IMG/VR virus record: IMGVR_UViG_3300048587_001148
Reading direction: 5' to 3' (one strand)
Length of the DNA stretch: 64,000 nt
Source of the DNA: an uncultured virus (IMG/VR IMGVR_UViG_3300048587_001148)
Taxonomy: Duplodnaviria; Heunggongvirae; Uroviricota; Caudoviricetes
Below the pieces are notes generated by a model. That model worked only from the letters and a program-made list of their open reading frames with translations, was not told where the DNA came from and did no database searches. Numbering within the stretch: position 1 is the first letter of the stretch; each line of letters opens with the position of its first letter. The translations under genes and the position numbers were made by a program. Below are positions 1 through 9,639 of the stretch, piece by piece.

Positions 1-813
1 TCACGCATGTCGTGCCCCCGCGCTGGCTTGCCCCAGGGACTGCAGCTGCGTGACAGTGGCCAGGCCTGCGGCTGCCAGGACGGGATGGGGGTGCCCGAGC
101 CAGAACTGGGAGATGCGCGCGCGGTCGTCCGCGGAGGTGAGTCTGTGCCATCGATCGACAAGCCGCTGTGCGTGCATGGGATTCTTGACTGTGGTGTCTG
201 TTGTGAACGGGGTCTCTTGCTCGGGTGTAACGTGATGGTCGGCGAGGCGCAGGTCGTTGTCTGTCCCGTCACCAAAAACGCATTCATCGCCAAGGAAGAA
301 CGAGGCGTCCTGGACACGGTCGCGCAGCACCCCTGAGATGTCGGTGGTCTTCCGGGTGAGGTACCATTTGAGGTCACCAGCCGGATGGCGCTGAAGTGCC
401 AGTTGTCCATGTGGTGTGTGTACCGAGACGTAATCAACGTGTCGTCCATGGCGCGAGGTCTTGACGTTGTACGAGAGGAGCCCCCCCGCAGCCGCAGGGT
501 GCATCACGTTCTCTTGCTGGTCAGGTTTTGTGGGGCCGACCCAGGCAAATTCCTCGTCCGCGGGGCCGCTCCGCTTGATGATCCAGGGTGCGATGGGGTG
601 GGTGGCATTGACGGTGTCGCGCGTTTGCTGCAGCGCTTCCTTGGCAGCGGCTTCCCCCCATGCCGGGTGATTGACTGCTGGTGGGAGTGGCAGCGGGCGA
701 CCCGGGGTCGCGATTGCCCAGCGCTGCGCCCATTCCGGCAATTCCGGGTAGAGGCGGCGTAGACTGCGGCGCAGCACGGGATCTGCTACGAGCGTGACAG
801 AGATTGCCGACAT
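1..813 (-). CDS. Array paralog 1 (class A1), unknown family, 270 aa
   Basis: LVADPVLRRSLRRLYPELPEWAQRW ... FGDGT ... RWHRL..DDRARISQFWLGHPHPVLAAAGL. Confidence 0.9.
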   Translation of the reverse strand: MSAISVTLVADPVLRRSLRRLYPELPEWAQRWAIATPGRPLPLPPAVNHPAWGEAAAKEALQQTRDTVNATHPIAPWIIKRSGPADEEFAWVGPTKPDQQENVMHPAAAGGLLSYNVKTSRHGRHVDYVSVHTPHGQLALQRHPAGDLKWYLTRKTTDISGVLRDRVQDASFFLGDECVFGDGTDNDLRLADHHVTPEQETPFTTDTTVKNPMHAQRLVDRWHRLTSADDRARISQFWLGHPHPVLAAAGLATVTQLQSLGQASAGARHA

Positions 814-818
814 GTGGC

Positions 819-824
819 ACCATA
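819..824 (-). promoter_or_regulatory. Putative -10 box TATGGT, 5 nt before ATG of paralog 1 (leaderless-type)
   Basis: Minus strand CGAGTATGGTgccacATG; same arrangement recurs at paralogs 6, 8, 9 and 12. Confidence 0.55.
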
Positions 825-910
825 CTCGATAGGACGGGCGTGGCCCCTTACGACGGGCATGGATTGCCCGGCTACCGCGGTGTGTCGGTGCCTGTGATTA
901 GCGTTTGTGG

Positions 911-1756
911 TTACAGCCTGGGCTGCGGGGCGGCCGGCAGGGTCGCGAGGCCCGCCGCCGCGAGCACGGGATGCGGATGTCCGAGCCAGAACTGTGTCAC
1001 GCGTGCCTGATCTGCGGGGGTGGGAAGCCGGTGCCAGCGCCTGAGGAGGATGTCGACGTCCTCATCGCTGGGGACGTCCTCGTCGTGCCGTGTCACCTGC
1101 GTGGAAGATGGGACGAGGATGGGTGGTGGCTCCGCGCTATCGTACGACTGCACACTGAGCGCGTCTGGGCTGCCATCGGCCAGGATTTCCTCGAGCTCCT
1201 CGCGACCAACAAACGCTACTCTGCCCGGTCGTGAGGCGCCCTGCGCGACACGGGAGCCGACATGGAGGTACAACCCCTCGTCGGTGTCCAGGCCCACCGT
1301 ACGCTGCTGCCCGAGGTCGACGCGCAGGAGGCCACCGTACCCGACGACGAAGAGGAGGTCTTCATTGAGGGCACCCCCGCTGTCCGGCGTGAAGCGGTGT
1401 TCGATCACAGAACCGTCCGGGAGGGCCTGGCCCAGTTGGGCGCGATAGCTGCCCGTCCCGTTGGGATCGGGGCGGGTAAGCCCCCGCGCTTCACCGCGAA
1501 GGACCCGAAAGGGTTCCACGGTCCACCCGGACTCCGGGTATTGGCGCTGGAGGATCTCCAGACTCTGCACGAGTGAGGCGTCGCGGGCTTCAACGCTGGT
1601 GAAGATGGGAAGGCTGTAGTCCACCAGCGCCGGCAGGGGCGCCCCGGGCTCAGCGATGAGGTACGCCTGGACGGTGGGGTGATATTCCGGGTAAAGCAGG
1701 CGCAGGCTCGCACGGAGCTCGGGATCCTCCACGAGGGCAATCGCGGTCTCAGACAT
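911..1756 (-). CDS. Array paralog 2 (class B1), 281 aa
   Basis: LVEDPELRASLRLLYPEYHPTVQAYLIAEPGAPLP ... LADGS ... FWLGHPHPVLAAAGL; ATG overlaps stop of paralog 3 by 8 nt. Confidence 0.9.
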   Translation of the reverse strand: MSETAIALVEDPELRASLRLLYPEYHPTVQAYLIAEPGAPLPALVDYSLPIFTSVEARDASLVQSLEILQRQYPESGWTVEPFRVLRGEARGLTRPDPNGTGSYRAQLGQALPDGSVIEHRFTPDSGGALNEDLLFVVGYGGLLRVDLGQQRTVGLDTDEGLYLHVGSRVAQGASRPGRVAFVGREELEEILADGSPDALSVQSYDSAEPPPILVPSSTQVTRHDEDVPSDEDVDILLRRWHRLPTPADQARVTQFWLGHPHPVLAAAGLATLPAAPQPRL

Positions 1757-2351
1757 GCCGGTGTTGCCTCCCGGCGGAGGGTGGGACGCTGGTGTGTGTT
1801 GTGTTCGTGGGCGTGTCCTGGGGCATGACCGCCAGGCCAGCGGCCGCGAGGATGGGGTGCCGGTGTCCCATCCAGAAGGCGGCGATCCGTGCGCGATCCT
1901 CCCCGGAGGTGAGCATCTGGAAACGACGAAGCAGCGCGTAGATGCTCATCCGATGTTTGGCGTCTTCCCGGGTCCCACTTTCGGGCTTGATGGGTTGCTT
2001 GTGGTCGACAGCGCCGCGGGTGAGCAAGAGATAGGCACCGGTGCCGTCCGCGAAGGTGACCTGGAATGGGCCCTTGTCGGAGCTGTTGCCATGGCGAATA
2101 TCGCGGAGATAGCGGAAGGCCAATCGTTCACCCCGCAGGGCATCCCCACCAACCAGCGTGGTGCCGCGGCTGATTTGCCAGGCGATGCTGTCGTCCTCAC
2201 CCCCGAGGTGCCCCGGGGGCTGCGCCAGGGGCGCCCCGGGGGCAGGGGTGATCCAGACACGGGCCCATGGGGGGAGCTCGGGATAGAGGTGCCGCAGACT
2301 TTCCCGGAGCGCCGGGTCGTCGGTGAGGGTGATGGTTTGGGTCTCAGGCAT
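1749..2351 (-). CDS. Array paralog 3 (class A, internally shortened), 200 aa
   Basis: Start reassigned to ATG 2351 (MPETQTITLTDDPALRESLRHLYP); FADGT; FWMGHRHPILAAAGL; 8-nt overlap with paralog 4. Confidence 0.85.
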   Translation of the reverse strand: MPETQTITLTDDPALRESLRHLYPELPPWARVWITPAPGAPLAQPPGHLGGEDDSIAWQISRGTTLVGGDALRGERLAFRYLRDIRHGNSSDKGPFQVTFADGTGAYLLLTRGAVDHKQPIKPESGTREDAKHRMSIYALLRRFQMLTSGEDRARIAAFWMGHRHPILAAAGLAVMPQDTPTNTTHTSVPPSAGRQHRHV

Positions 2352-3306
2352 GCCCGCGTCTCCCGCTGGGGATCGGGACGACGGGGGGCCAAATGGTGGG
2401 GAGTGGAGTGGTGGGGAGTTGGATGGCGCTGAACACCCGCATCCCGAGCTCCGCCAGTATGGGATGTGGGTGGCCGAGCCAATAAGTGGCGACGCGCGCG
2501 CGGTCGACATCGGAGGGCAAGTTGCGCCAGCGGCGGAGGAGCTCCAGCCGACTAATCTCGAGGGTGAGGGCGTCGACATTCTCGTCCGGATCGACAACCT
2601 GCCAGGGGGTGACGCGGCCGCGGGTCAGCGTGAGCTCGTAGGTACCGTCGGCAAGGAGGATCACCGCGTTCTCCCCGGGCTTGTACGCCGGGGCTGGATC
2701 GCGCGAGGGGGGTGCGGCCTGCGCCGCCTCGGCGAACACCGGGGTGGCCTCTCCGTTGTGTCGGAGATAGACCTGTCGGAAGGCAATATGCTCTCTCGCT
2801 CGAACGACTCCTGCGCACCGCATGTCGCCGCGTTCGAAACTCCAGCCTTGCACGCCCGGCTCGAGGCTCAGGAAGAGATGCCCACCATGTTCTTGGATGG
2901 TCAACCGGGTGGCCTGTGGGTTGAGCGCCCTGTCGCTGGGTCGTCGGGCCCTCGTACTCGGTGGGGCAGCGAGTGACACCACGCGCCCCTCCGCCTGTGG
3001 ATGGGTCACACGATCTTTCCTTGTGCATCCGGCAGGCCCAATCCACGCGAAGGCCCCTTCACGTTGCACGACCCATGGCCGCGATGGATGGGTCGCGTTG
3101 ACGGCCGCACACGTCGCCTGGAGCTCTGTCAGGAGGACATCGGTCCGTGTCCGATCCCCCTGGGGTCTCAGGGGAGGCGGTGCCAGGGGCGCCCCGGGGG
3201 TGGGGATCAGCCACTCGCGCGCCCACATGGGGACATCGGGATAGAGGTTCCGCAGGCTCTCGCGCAGCTCGGGGTCGGTGACGAGTGGGATGGTGAGGTT
3301 AGGCAT
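2344..3306 (-). CDS. Array paralog 4 (class A2), 320 aa
   Basis: MPNLTIPLVTDPELRESLRNLYPDVPMWAREW; LADGT; YWLGHPHPILAELGM; 8-nt overlap with paralog 5. Confidence 0.9.
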   Translation of the reverse strand: MPNLTIPLVTDPELRESLRNLYPDVPMWAREWLIPTPGAPLAPPPLRPQGDRTRTDVLLTELQATCAAVNATHPSRPWVVQREGAFAWIGPAGCTRKDRVTHPQAEGRVVSLAAPPSTRARRPSDRALNPQATRLTIQEHGGHLFLSLEPGVQGWSFERGDMRCAGVVRAREHIAFRQVYLRHNGEATPVFAEAAQAAPPSRDPAPAYKPGENAVILLADGTYELTLTRGRVTPWQVVDPDENVDALTLEISRLELLRRWRNLPSDVDRARVATYWLGHPHPILAELGMRVFSAIQLPTTPLPTIWPPVVPIPSGRRGHA

Positions 3307-4183
3307 GCACACGCCTCACTCCAGCGACAGCTGGGGTCGTGAGGAGGGCATTGGCCTCCACGGCGATCGCTAGGCCGGCTGTCGCCAGAACCGGGTGGGG
3401 ATGCCCAAGCCAGAATGCAGCAATCCGTGCCTGATCTTCCGGAGACGCGAGGGCACGCCAGCGTGCGAGCAACGGCTCTGCACGTCGCGTCCGTTCCGTG
3501 TGGCCGCCGTCCCCGTACCCGAACCGCTGGAGGGCCTCCGGCACCATGGTGTCGCTGGGTCGACCGTCGAGGACCGCAGAGGGGGGAGATGTGACGCCGC
3601 GCTCGACACGGAGCTCGTTGGGGCTCCCGTCAGCGAGGTCCTCTTCAAGATCATCCCGACCCACGACGATTATTGTTTGGTTGTCGTACACGCGGAGACG
3701 AAGGCCGGGGCGGGTTTCGAGTACCACGTGTGTTGAGTCTTCCCAGAGTTCGACGTCAAGCAGGCCCTCATGGGCTACGACGGTCGTGAGGTTGCCGAGA
3801 ACCTTTACTGAGCCGTTGTGTCGGTACTCGACGACGGCGCCATCCGGAAGGTTGTACATGGTGTTGAAGTGTGTCTCTGACGGCGTCCCACTCTTGAGTG
3901 TTCGGTTGTAGATCCCCTTGTCGAGGCTTCCGAGCGGCGGCTTCGCTTCCCATGCCATGGTGGGATGGCGGGACTGTAATGTCTCCAGGCTGTGGGTGAA
4001 TGCCGCCTCTTGAGCCGCAGCGTCATTGAAGATCGGCAGGGTTCGATCGTAGAGAGGTGGCAGGGATACATCGGGCTCTGCGATGAGCCACGCCTGTACG
4101 ATGGGCGCGTATTCCGGATAGAGCCTCCGGAGGCTTGCGCGCAGTTTGGGCTCGGCAACGAGGGGGATCGTAAGCTCAGACAC
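3299..4183 (-). CDS. Array paralog 5 (class B1), 294 aa
   Basis: GTG start at 4183 (VSELTIPLVAEPKLRASLRRLYPEY); LADGS; FWLGHPHPVLATAGL; 8-nt overlap with paralog 6. Confidence 0.88.
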   Translation of the reverse strand: MSELTIPLVAEPKLRASLRRLYPEYAPIVQAWLIAEPDVSLPPLYDRTLPIFNDAAAQEAAFTHSLETLQSRHPTMAWEAKPPLGSLDKGIYNRTLKSGTPSETHFNTMYNLPDGAVVEYRHNGSVKVLGNLTTVVAHEGLLDVELWEDSTHVVLETRPGLRLRVYDNQTIIVVGRDDLEEDLADGSPNELRVERGVTSPPSAVLDGRPSDTMVPEALQRFGYGDGGHTERTRRAEPLLARWRALASPEDQARIAAFWLGHPHPVLATAGLAIAVEANALLTTPAVAGVRRVHA

Positions 4184-5036
4184 GCGAGCGCCCCCCGCGT
4201 GCAGGTGGAGCGATGCCCGGGCAGGTAGCCACCTCCCCTGTGGCAAGCGCGGCGAGTGTAATCAGGCCGGCGGCGGCGAGCACGGGATGTCGATGTCCCA
4301 TCCAGAAAGCCGCAATGCGTGCTTGATCCTCGCGAGACGTCAGTGCGCGCCAGCGTGTGAGGAGCGTCTCGCAATCCAGCGCGATAAGATCTTTTGACCA
4401 ATCGCTAATGTCGACCGACTGGACCGCCACGGGCACGATGCTGGTTGACGTCCGAGTGGCGACAAGGCCCGTATCGCTCCCATCAGCGAGTAGTCCGTCT
4501 ACCACTGACCGGTGCGCGATGGTCGCCCCTCCGTCTTTTTTGACCACGATCTCGAGTCCGTCATGGGTTGTGAGCGCCATGTCCACGCCATCGCGGGTCG
4601 CTGTTGCCCGAAACTGCCCATGATGAAAAACAACCCCGACAAGGGTGTCGCGTTGCCTAGTGGGATTAGGGCGATACTCTATCACGGAATACGCTGGGAG
4701 AGCCTGTAGGCCTTCGTCGTGTGCGCTCCGCTTCCGCGATCGACACTCGATTTCCCGGAGAGTGGATCCATAACACGCGATCCCCAGCCGCGGGTTTGCG
4801 ACCCATTGCATGTCCGGGTAGTTGCGCTGGAGAAAATCCAGGCTGTGGTCGAACGACGATTCTTGCGCCGCGACATCGGTAAATATCGGGAGCGTGAAAT
4901 CCACGAGGTCCGGCAGGGGCGCGCCAGGCTCTGCAATGAGCCACGCTTGAATCGTGGGCTCGTACTCCGGGTAGAGCCGTCGAAGGCTTTCGCGCAGGGC
5001 AGGATCTTGGACCAGGGAGATTTCGATGGTCGACAT
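4176..5036 (-). CDS. Array paralog 6 (class B1), 286 aa
   Basis: LVQDPALRESLRRLYPEYEPTIQAWLIAEPGAPLP; LADGS; FWMGHRHPVLAAAGL. Confidence 0.9.
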   Translation of the reverse strand: MSTIEISLVQDPALRESLRRLYPEYEPTIQAWLIAEPGAPLPDLVDFTLPIFTDVAAQESSFDHSLDFLQRNYPDMQWVANPRLGIACYGSTLREIECRSRKRSAHDEGLQALPAYSVIEYRPNPTRQRDTLVGVVFHHGQFRATATRDGVDMALTTHDGLEIVVKKDGGATIAHRSVVDGLLADGSDTGLVATRTSTSIVPVAVQSVDISDWSKDLIALDCETLLTRWRALTSREDQARIAAFWMGHRHPVLAAAGLITLAALATGEVATCPGIAPPARGGRSRV

Positions 5037-5041
5037 ATACC

Positions 5042-5047
5042 ACCATA
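5042..5047 (-). promoter_or_regulatory. Putative -10 box TATGGT, 5 nt before ATG of paralog 6
   Basis: Minus strand TGTATGGTggtatATG. Confidence 0.55.
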
Positions 5048-5094
5048 CAGGCCTGTGGTGTGATGGCCCGCCGTCAGCTGATGCTGGGCGGGTG

Positions 5095-6099
5095 TTAGGT
5101 GGTAGGAGCCCGGCGCTTTGTCATGGCAGGACTAGCCGTGATTTCGCCCGTTGTGATCTCGCCCGCATTGATCGCGGCAAACGTGGCCAGGCCGGCGGCG
5201 GCGAGGATGGGATGGGGATGGCCGAACCAGAACCCCGCGATACGCTCGCGATCCTCGGGGGCCGGCAGCTTTCGCCACCGCTCGAGCAGTCGATCGCGTT
5301 GGTGCATCTGGATAACCGGGGTGGAGCTGATATCCCCTTTTTGTAATGCATCCGGGATGATGCTAGACGTTGTATGTGTGAACGTGAGACAGCGTCCAAC
5401 GCCATCGCCGAGGATTTCGGTGAAGTCGGTTTCAACGAGATCCTTGTCGTGTGCGGGACGCTCTTCGTCTGCCGGGACCCAACGCGGATGCTGCTCGTCG
5501 TAGATGACGCCATCGACAATGGACGGGAAGGTGTCCAGGCCGAAATCCCGCTCTGCGGCCTCAGACTGGCCAACGATGACTGGTGCAGCAGCAAGGGTGA
5601 GTTGAAGGTCACCGTATTCTACGATGGCCTCGTGTGCATCGCCTGGGTAGAGCTCGATGACTGCCCCGTGGCAGGCTCGCTCGGCGACTGGCAAGAACAC
5701 CGGTTTTGCATCCCAGGCGTCGGTGTGATCCATCTCTCTGTACCCTACGAGAGCGCCGTGGGGGAGTGCGGAGGCCACGAGGTCACAGTCAAGATGGGGG
5801 CCGTCCCCGGCGACTGTAAGGTAGCGCTGCTGCCCGCCTCCGTACCTCGCGGGGCTTTCGATGCACCACTGGATGTCGGGCCGGTGGGCCTGTAGATATC
5901 GAAGGCTTTTGCGGAGTTCCTTTCTGAGGTCCTCCGCGACACCAACTGAAGTGGGGATTCCTTCGAGGAGGTCCGGCAGGGGCGCCCCAGGCTCGGCGAT
6001 GAGCCACGCTTGAAGAATGGCCGGGTAGCCCGGGTACAGCCTGCGCAGGCTCGCGCGGAGCTCGGGATCAGCCACGAGGGGAACATTGGCCGCTGTCAT
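5095..6099 (-). CDS. Array paralog 7 (class B, divergent), 334 aa
   Basis: Start ATG 6099 (MTAANVPLVADPELRASLRRLYPGY) in ATGA overlap with paralog 8; LGDGV; FWFGHPHPILAAAGL. Confidence 0.88.
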   Translation of the reverse strand: MTAANVPLVADPELRASLRRLYPGYPAILQAWLIAEPGAPLPDLLEGIPTSVGVAEDLRKELRKSLRYLQAHRPDIQWCIESPARYGGGQQRYLTVAGDGPHLDCDLVASALPHGALVGYREMDHTDAWDAKPVFLPVAERACHGAVIELYPGDAHEAIVEYGDLQLTLAAAPVIVGQSEAAERDFGLDTFPSIVDGVIYDEQHPRWVPADEERPAHDKDLVETDFTEILGDGVGRCLTFTHTTSSIIPDALQKGDISSTPVIQMHQRDRLLERWRKLPAPEDRERIAGFWFGHPHPILAAAGLATFAAINAGEITTGEITASPAMTKRRAPTT

Positions 6100-6947
6100 G
6101 ATGGGACCATACGCGGTGCATGGATCGCCCGGTGACCCGTCGCGCTCGCCAGTCCCGCGGCCGCCAGCACGGGATGCCGGTGTCCCAGCCAGAAAGCGGT
6201 GATCCGTGCACGATCCTCCTCGGAGGTGAGCGCCTCCCACCGGCGGAGGAGGTTGAGCAGGCTGGCCTCCTGATGAGCCCGGTCACGGTCCAGTGTTCCA
6301 ATGCGGACGGTCTGCTGCTCGTGGACGAGTCCCGCGTGCAAACTCAGGTAGCTGTCTGTGCCGTCGGCCATGATGTTGGGCGGCGGTGGCGTGCCGTCGG
6401 CCCCCTTCTCGTGCTCGGTGTATTTGAGGTAGCGGAACGTCGTCTTCCCGCCCTCAAGCATAATGCCGTCCATCCACAGCCCCTTGCGGCGGATGTGCCA
6501 AGTCTTTCCGTGCGGGCCGAGAGCGATGGAGAGGCGCCCCCGTTGGTATTGGAGGGTTACCTCCCCGGCGCGCTTCCCGAGCTTGCCCTTGGGGGCCCAG
6601 TTTCGCGTTTCCAGGGAGACGATACACCCCTCGGCCGCCTGGTGGGAAAGACGATGGCTCGGTTTACTGCCGGGGCGACCGATCCATGCGTGGCCGTCGT
6701 CGCACTGTACCACCCAGGGCGTGATGGGGTTGGTTGCATTGATGGCCGCACGGGTCGCCTCGAGCTCCTCCAGTAGGACGGCGGTCCGCACGCGATCACC
6801 CTTCGGCGTTTCGGGAGGGGCGGCCAGGGGCGCCCCGGGGGTGGGAATGAGCCACTTGCGCGCCCACTCGGGGGCGTCGGGATAGAGGTTGCGGAGGCTC
6901 GTGCGAAGCTCGGGGTCTTCGATCAGCCGGACGGAGATCTGGTGCAT
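6096..6947 (-). CDS. Array paralog 8 (class A2), 283 aa
   Basis: Start ATG 6947 (MHQISVRLIEDPELRTSLRNLYPDAPEWARKW); MADGT; FWLGHRHPVLAAAGL. Confidence 0.9.
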   Translation of the reverse strand: MHQISVRLIEDPELRTSLRNLYPDAPEWARKWLIPTPGAPLAAPPETPKGDRVRTAVLLEELEATRAAINATNPITPWVVQCDDGHAWIGRPGSKPSHRLSHQAAEGCIVSLETRNWAPKGKLGKRAGEVTLQYQRGRLSIALGPHGKTWHIRRKGLWMDGIMLEGGKTTFRYLKYTEHEKGADGTPPPPNIMADGTDSYLSLHAGLVHEQQTVRIGTLDRDRAHQEASLLNLLRRWEALTSEEDRARITAFWLGHRHPVLAAAGLASATGHRAIHAPRMVPS

Positions 6948-6953
6948 GGGGCA

Positions 6954-6959
6954 ACCATA
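6954..6959 (-). promoter_or_regulatory. Putative -10 box TATGGT, 6 nt before ATG of paralog 8
   Basis: Minus strand GGTATGGTtgccccATG. Confidence 0.55.
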
Positions 6960-6978
6960 CCCGGCGGGATGGAGCGCC

Positions 6979-7012
6979 ACATGGTCCGCTGCGCAACATG
7001 GTCCGCTGTGCA
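6979..7012. repeat. Tandem 17-mer x2 (ACATGGTCCGCTGYGCA), between paralogs 8 and 9
   Basis: Read directly from sequence. Confidence 0.85.
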
Positions 7013-7022
7013 ATGCGGCTTG

Positions 7023-7817
7023 CTAGCGTATCGGCCGATGAGGCTGTGGTGTCGTCGCGATCTGGAGGCCGGCGGCGGCGAGTACGGGATGACGATGCCC
7101 GAGCCAGAACGCCGCGATGCGTGCGCGATCCGAGGCGGAGCGCAGGGCGCGCCAGCGCGCCAGAAGGCTGCTGGGATCGCCTGATGTATCCACGTGGGGG
7201 ACCTTCGCGTTTTGCGCGTGCACTGGAACCAAGTTGTCGAGGAGGAGATCTCTCGTCGTCCCGTCGGCAAACACCTCCGCGGCGTACCGCCCCACGAGAT
7301 TGCTGGAAAAGGTGATGCCCCTCCCCTGCATGGTCGATACACCAAGCGTGTTGTCGACGTATGTCCAGTCGATGAGGGGCTTACGGGGGAACTCAAGGGT
7401 GAGGAATCTCGCGCCCTGGCCATGTTGCAGGCTGAGCCGGAGCGGTGAAGTGCCTGCAAGGTCGGTTCGGTACGCCGTAGTGTGGCCGGCGGCGGCGGGG
7501 TGAGTCGCCGGCTCCTTGCGGGTGCTGTTCGGTGGGCCAGCCCAGTAGAACTTGCTACCGAGGCCGGATTCTTCGAGGACCATCCAGGGCTTGGGAGGGT
7601 CGTGCGCGTTCACGGCTGCACATGTGGCCTCGAGGGCCTCGAGGGCGGCGGCGGCACTGTCCCATGCTGTGGCGGCATGCGCGGGTGGCAGGGGGAGTGG
7701 TCGATTGGGGGTGGCAATGAACCAGCCGCGTGCCCACGCCGGCAGCTCCGGGTAGAGCCGGCGCAGGCTCGCGCGCAGCACGGGGTCCCTGACGAGGGGG
7801 ATCTCGATGGTGTCCAT
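7023..7817 (-). CDS. Array paralog 9 (class A1), 264 aa
   Basis: Start ATG 7817 (MDTIEIPLVRDPVLRASLRRLYPELPAWARGW); FADGT; FWLGHRHPVLAAAGL. Confidence 0.9.
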   Translation of the reverse strand: MDTIEIPLVRDPVLRASLRRLYPELPAWARGWFIATPNRPLPLPPAHAATAWDSAAAALEALEATCAAVNAHDPPKPWMVLEESGLGSKFYWAGPPNSTRKEPATHPAAAGHTTAYRTDLAGTSPLRLSLQHGQGARFLTLEFPRKPLIDWTYVDNTLGVSTMQGRGITFSSNLVGRYAAEVFADGTTRDLLLDNLVPVHAQNAKVPHVDTSGDPSSLLARWRALRSASDRARIAAFWLGHRHPVLAAAGLQIATTPQPHRPIR

Positions 7818-7825
7818 GTACTGCG

Positions 7826-7831
7826 ACCATA
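7826..7831 (-). promoter_or_regulatory. Putative -10 box TATGGT, 8 nt before ATG of paralog 9
   Basis: Minus strand CGAGTATGGTcgcagtacATG. Confidence 0.5.
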
Positions 7832-7874
7832 CTCGCCCTACGTGCGACAACTCGACGCTGATGTCCTCGGCGCT

Positions 7875-8687
7875 TCAGTGTGTGCGGCGCCTGGACTGCG
7901 CTTTGGTGGCGATGATGAGGCCGGCCGCGGCGAGGATGGGATGCTCGTGCCCGAGCCAGAAGGTGGCGATGCGCGCTCGGTCCTTGGGGGACGAGAGGCG
8001 GCCCCAGCGGGCGAGCAGCCGCTCTTGGCACGCCGCGGGATCGTCGGGTGACCATCCCTCGGGCGACACAGGTTGGGTGGGACATGGAGTGGGGGCAGTT
8101 GATCCATCAACGACCACAAGGTCGTCTCCGGTCCCATCGGCAAGGACTTCCCCGGCGATCCAACGGCTCACATTGACCGCGGGGGGTGTGTCGTAGTGGC
8201 GAATATCCAGGCCTCCATCGGCGCGAAAAAGGTAGGTCGCCTTCTTGCCCAGCCTTGAAAATTGGAGTACGCCGTCGTGGAGTGTGATGTCGGCCGTGAT
8301 GAGTTCGTCCGCCCAGGGGCTTGCCGGGGCCCTATAGCTCGTCACGGAGTGCTTCGGGAGGGTGATGATCGCATGCAGTCTTGCGGAGGGGACACTGACG
8401 CAAGACAGTCCTCGTTCGATCGAGCCGTGAAAGGTGTCGGTGCGTGTGGCATTCCACTTCATCTCAGGGTGTCGGCGCTGCAGGAGTCGCAGACTGCGCG
8501 TGAAGGAGTGGTCCAGTGCCCCGGCGCCCTGGAAGAGGGGCAGTGTCGGATCCACGAGCGGCGGGAGGGGCGCTCCCGGCTCAGGGATGAGCCAGGCCTG
8601 AATGGTGGGATGGTATTCCCTGTAGAGCTTGCGCAGGCTCTGAAGTAGGGCGGGATCGGCGACCAGATTGGTCGCGTGTTCACCCAT
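7875..8687 (-). CDS. Array paralog 10 (class B1), 270 aa
   Basis: Start ATG 8687 (MGEHATNLVADPALLQSLRKLYREY), 8-nt overlap with paralog 11; LADGT; FWLGHEHPILAAAGL. Confidence 0.88.
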   Translation of the reverse strand: MGEHATNLVADPALLQSLRKLYREYHPTIQAWLIPEPGAPLPPLVDPTLPLFQGAGALDHSFTRSLRLLQRRHPEMKWNATRTDTFHGSIERGLSCVSVPSARLHAIITLPKHSVTSYRAPASPWADELITADITLHDGVLQFSRLGKKATYLFRADGGLDIRHYDTPPAVNVSRWIAGEVLADGTGDDLVVVDGSTAPTPCPTQPVSPEGWSPDDPAACQERLLARWGRLSSPKDRARIATFWLGHEHPILAAAGLIIATKAQSRRRTH

Positions 8688-9588
8688 GTGGACGTCCGGG
8701 ATCCGCACCTCCCAGGCGACTGGTGAGGATCGCGAGGCCGGCGGCGGCCAGGACCGGATGCGGGTGGCCCAGCCAGAAGTTCGCGATACGCGCCCGATCG
8801 TCACAGGAGTCCAGTTGGTGCCATCGCCACAGCAGTCGATCCCGCTGGTATGCGATCTCTTGCCGCCGATGGAGGCCTTCCTGGTCGAAGGGTTGGAGGG
8901 TGTGGGGGATGATGCCCTCATTGGTTTTGTTGACTAAGAGATACGGTTGACTCCCATCAGCAAGTACCTCTGTCGTACTGTCGGCCAAGGCCGCATCACT
9001 GCGCGGATCGCTCTCCGCTGCGCACTCACCAACGTCGTCCGCGGATGTGGGGTCGATTATGCGCGACACGATATCCTCGCCGATCGTATAGCCGTCATCA
9101 ATCGTGAGGGGTGGCATGCTGGTGAAAAAGCAGTGTGTTGGGCTGTCGGTGGTGGTGGAGCACTGCAGGATGCCGTCGTGGGCGACAACGGTGACGGTGT
9201 ACTGATCCCGCTCGGTCCCCTTGATGTAGTGATATTCCAGGACGGCACCCGCCGGTAGCATGTCAGGCTCCCAGATATTCGACGAGCCTATGGCGCCCGT
9301 CGTCAGGCGTCGCTGCTCCCCACCGTTGCGGGCGCGCACTGCGCCGGTGGCAGACCACTGCATCTCGGGATAGCGAGCCTGCAGGAGCACCAGGGTGCGA
9401 TCAAGCGCCTCCACCTGCGCGGCGAGATCGGTCCAGAGGCTGGCGTTCTGGTCGACGAGTGGTGGAAGGGGCACCCCGGGCTCCGCGATGAGCCAGGCCC
9501 TGATAGTGGACGCATACTCTGGATAGAGCAGCCGAAGGCTGTTTCGGAGCACAGGGTCCGTGACCAGGGGGATTTCGACGGTCGACAT
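8680..9588 (-). CDS. Array paralog 11 (class B1), about 302 aa
   Basis: MSTVEIPLVTDPVLRNSLRLLYPEY (alternative ATG at 9600); LADGS; FWLGHPHPVLAAAGL. Confidence 0.88.
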   Translation of the reverse strand: MSTVEIPLVTDPVLRNSLRLLYPEYASTIRAWLIAEPGVPLPPLVDQNASLWTDLAAQVEALDRTLVLLQARYPEMQWSATGAVRARNGGEQRRLTTGAIGSSNIWEPDMLPAGAVLEYHYIKGTERDQYTVTVVAHDGILQCSTTTDSPTHCFFTSMPPLTIDDGYTIGEDIVSRIIDPTSADDVGECAAESDPRSDAALADSTTEVLADGSQPYLLVNKTNEGIIPHTLQPFDQEGLHRRQEIAYQRDRLLWRWHQLDSCDDRARIANFWLGHPHPVLAAAGLAILTSRLGGADPGRPHG

Positions 9589-9639
9589 GTCCGATATCAT
9601 GCGTGGTGAGGATCCTTGGGTGAGGCGGGCTGGGGTACG

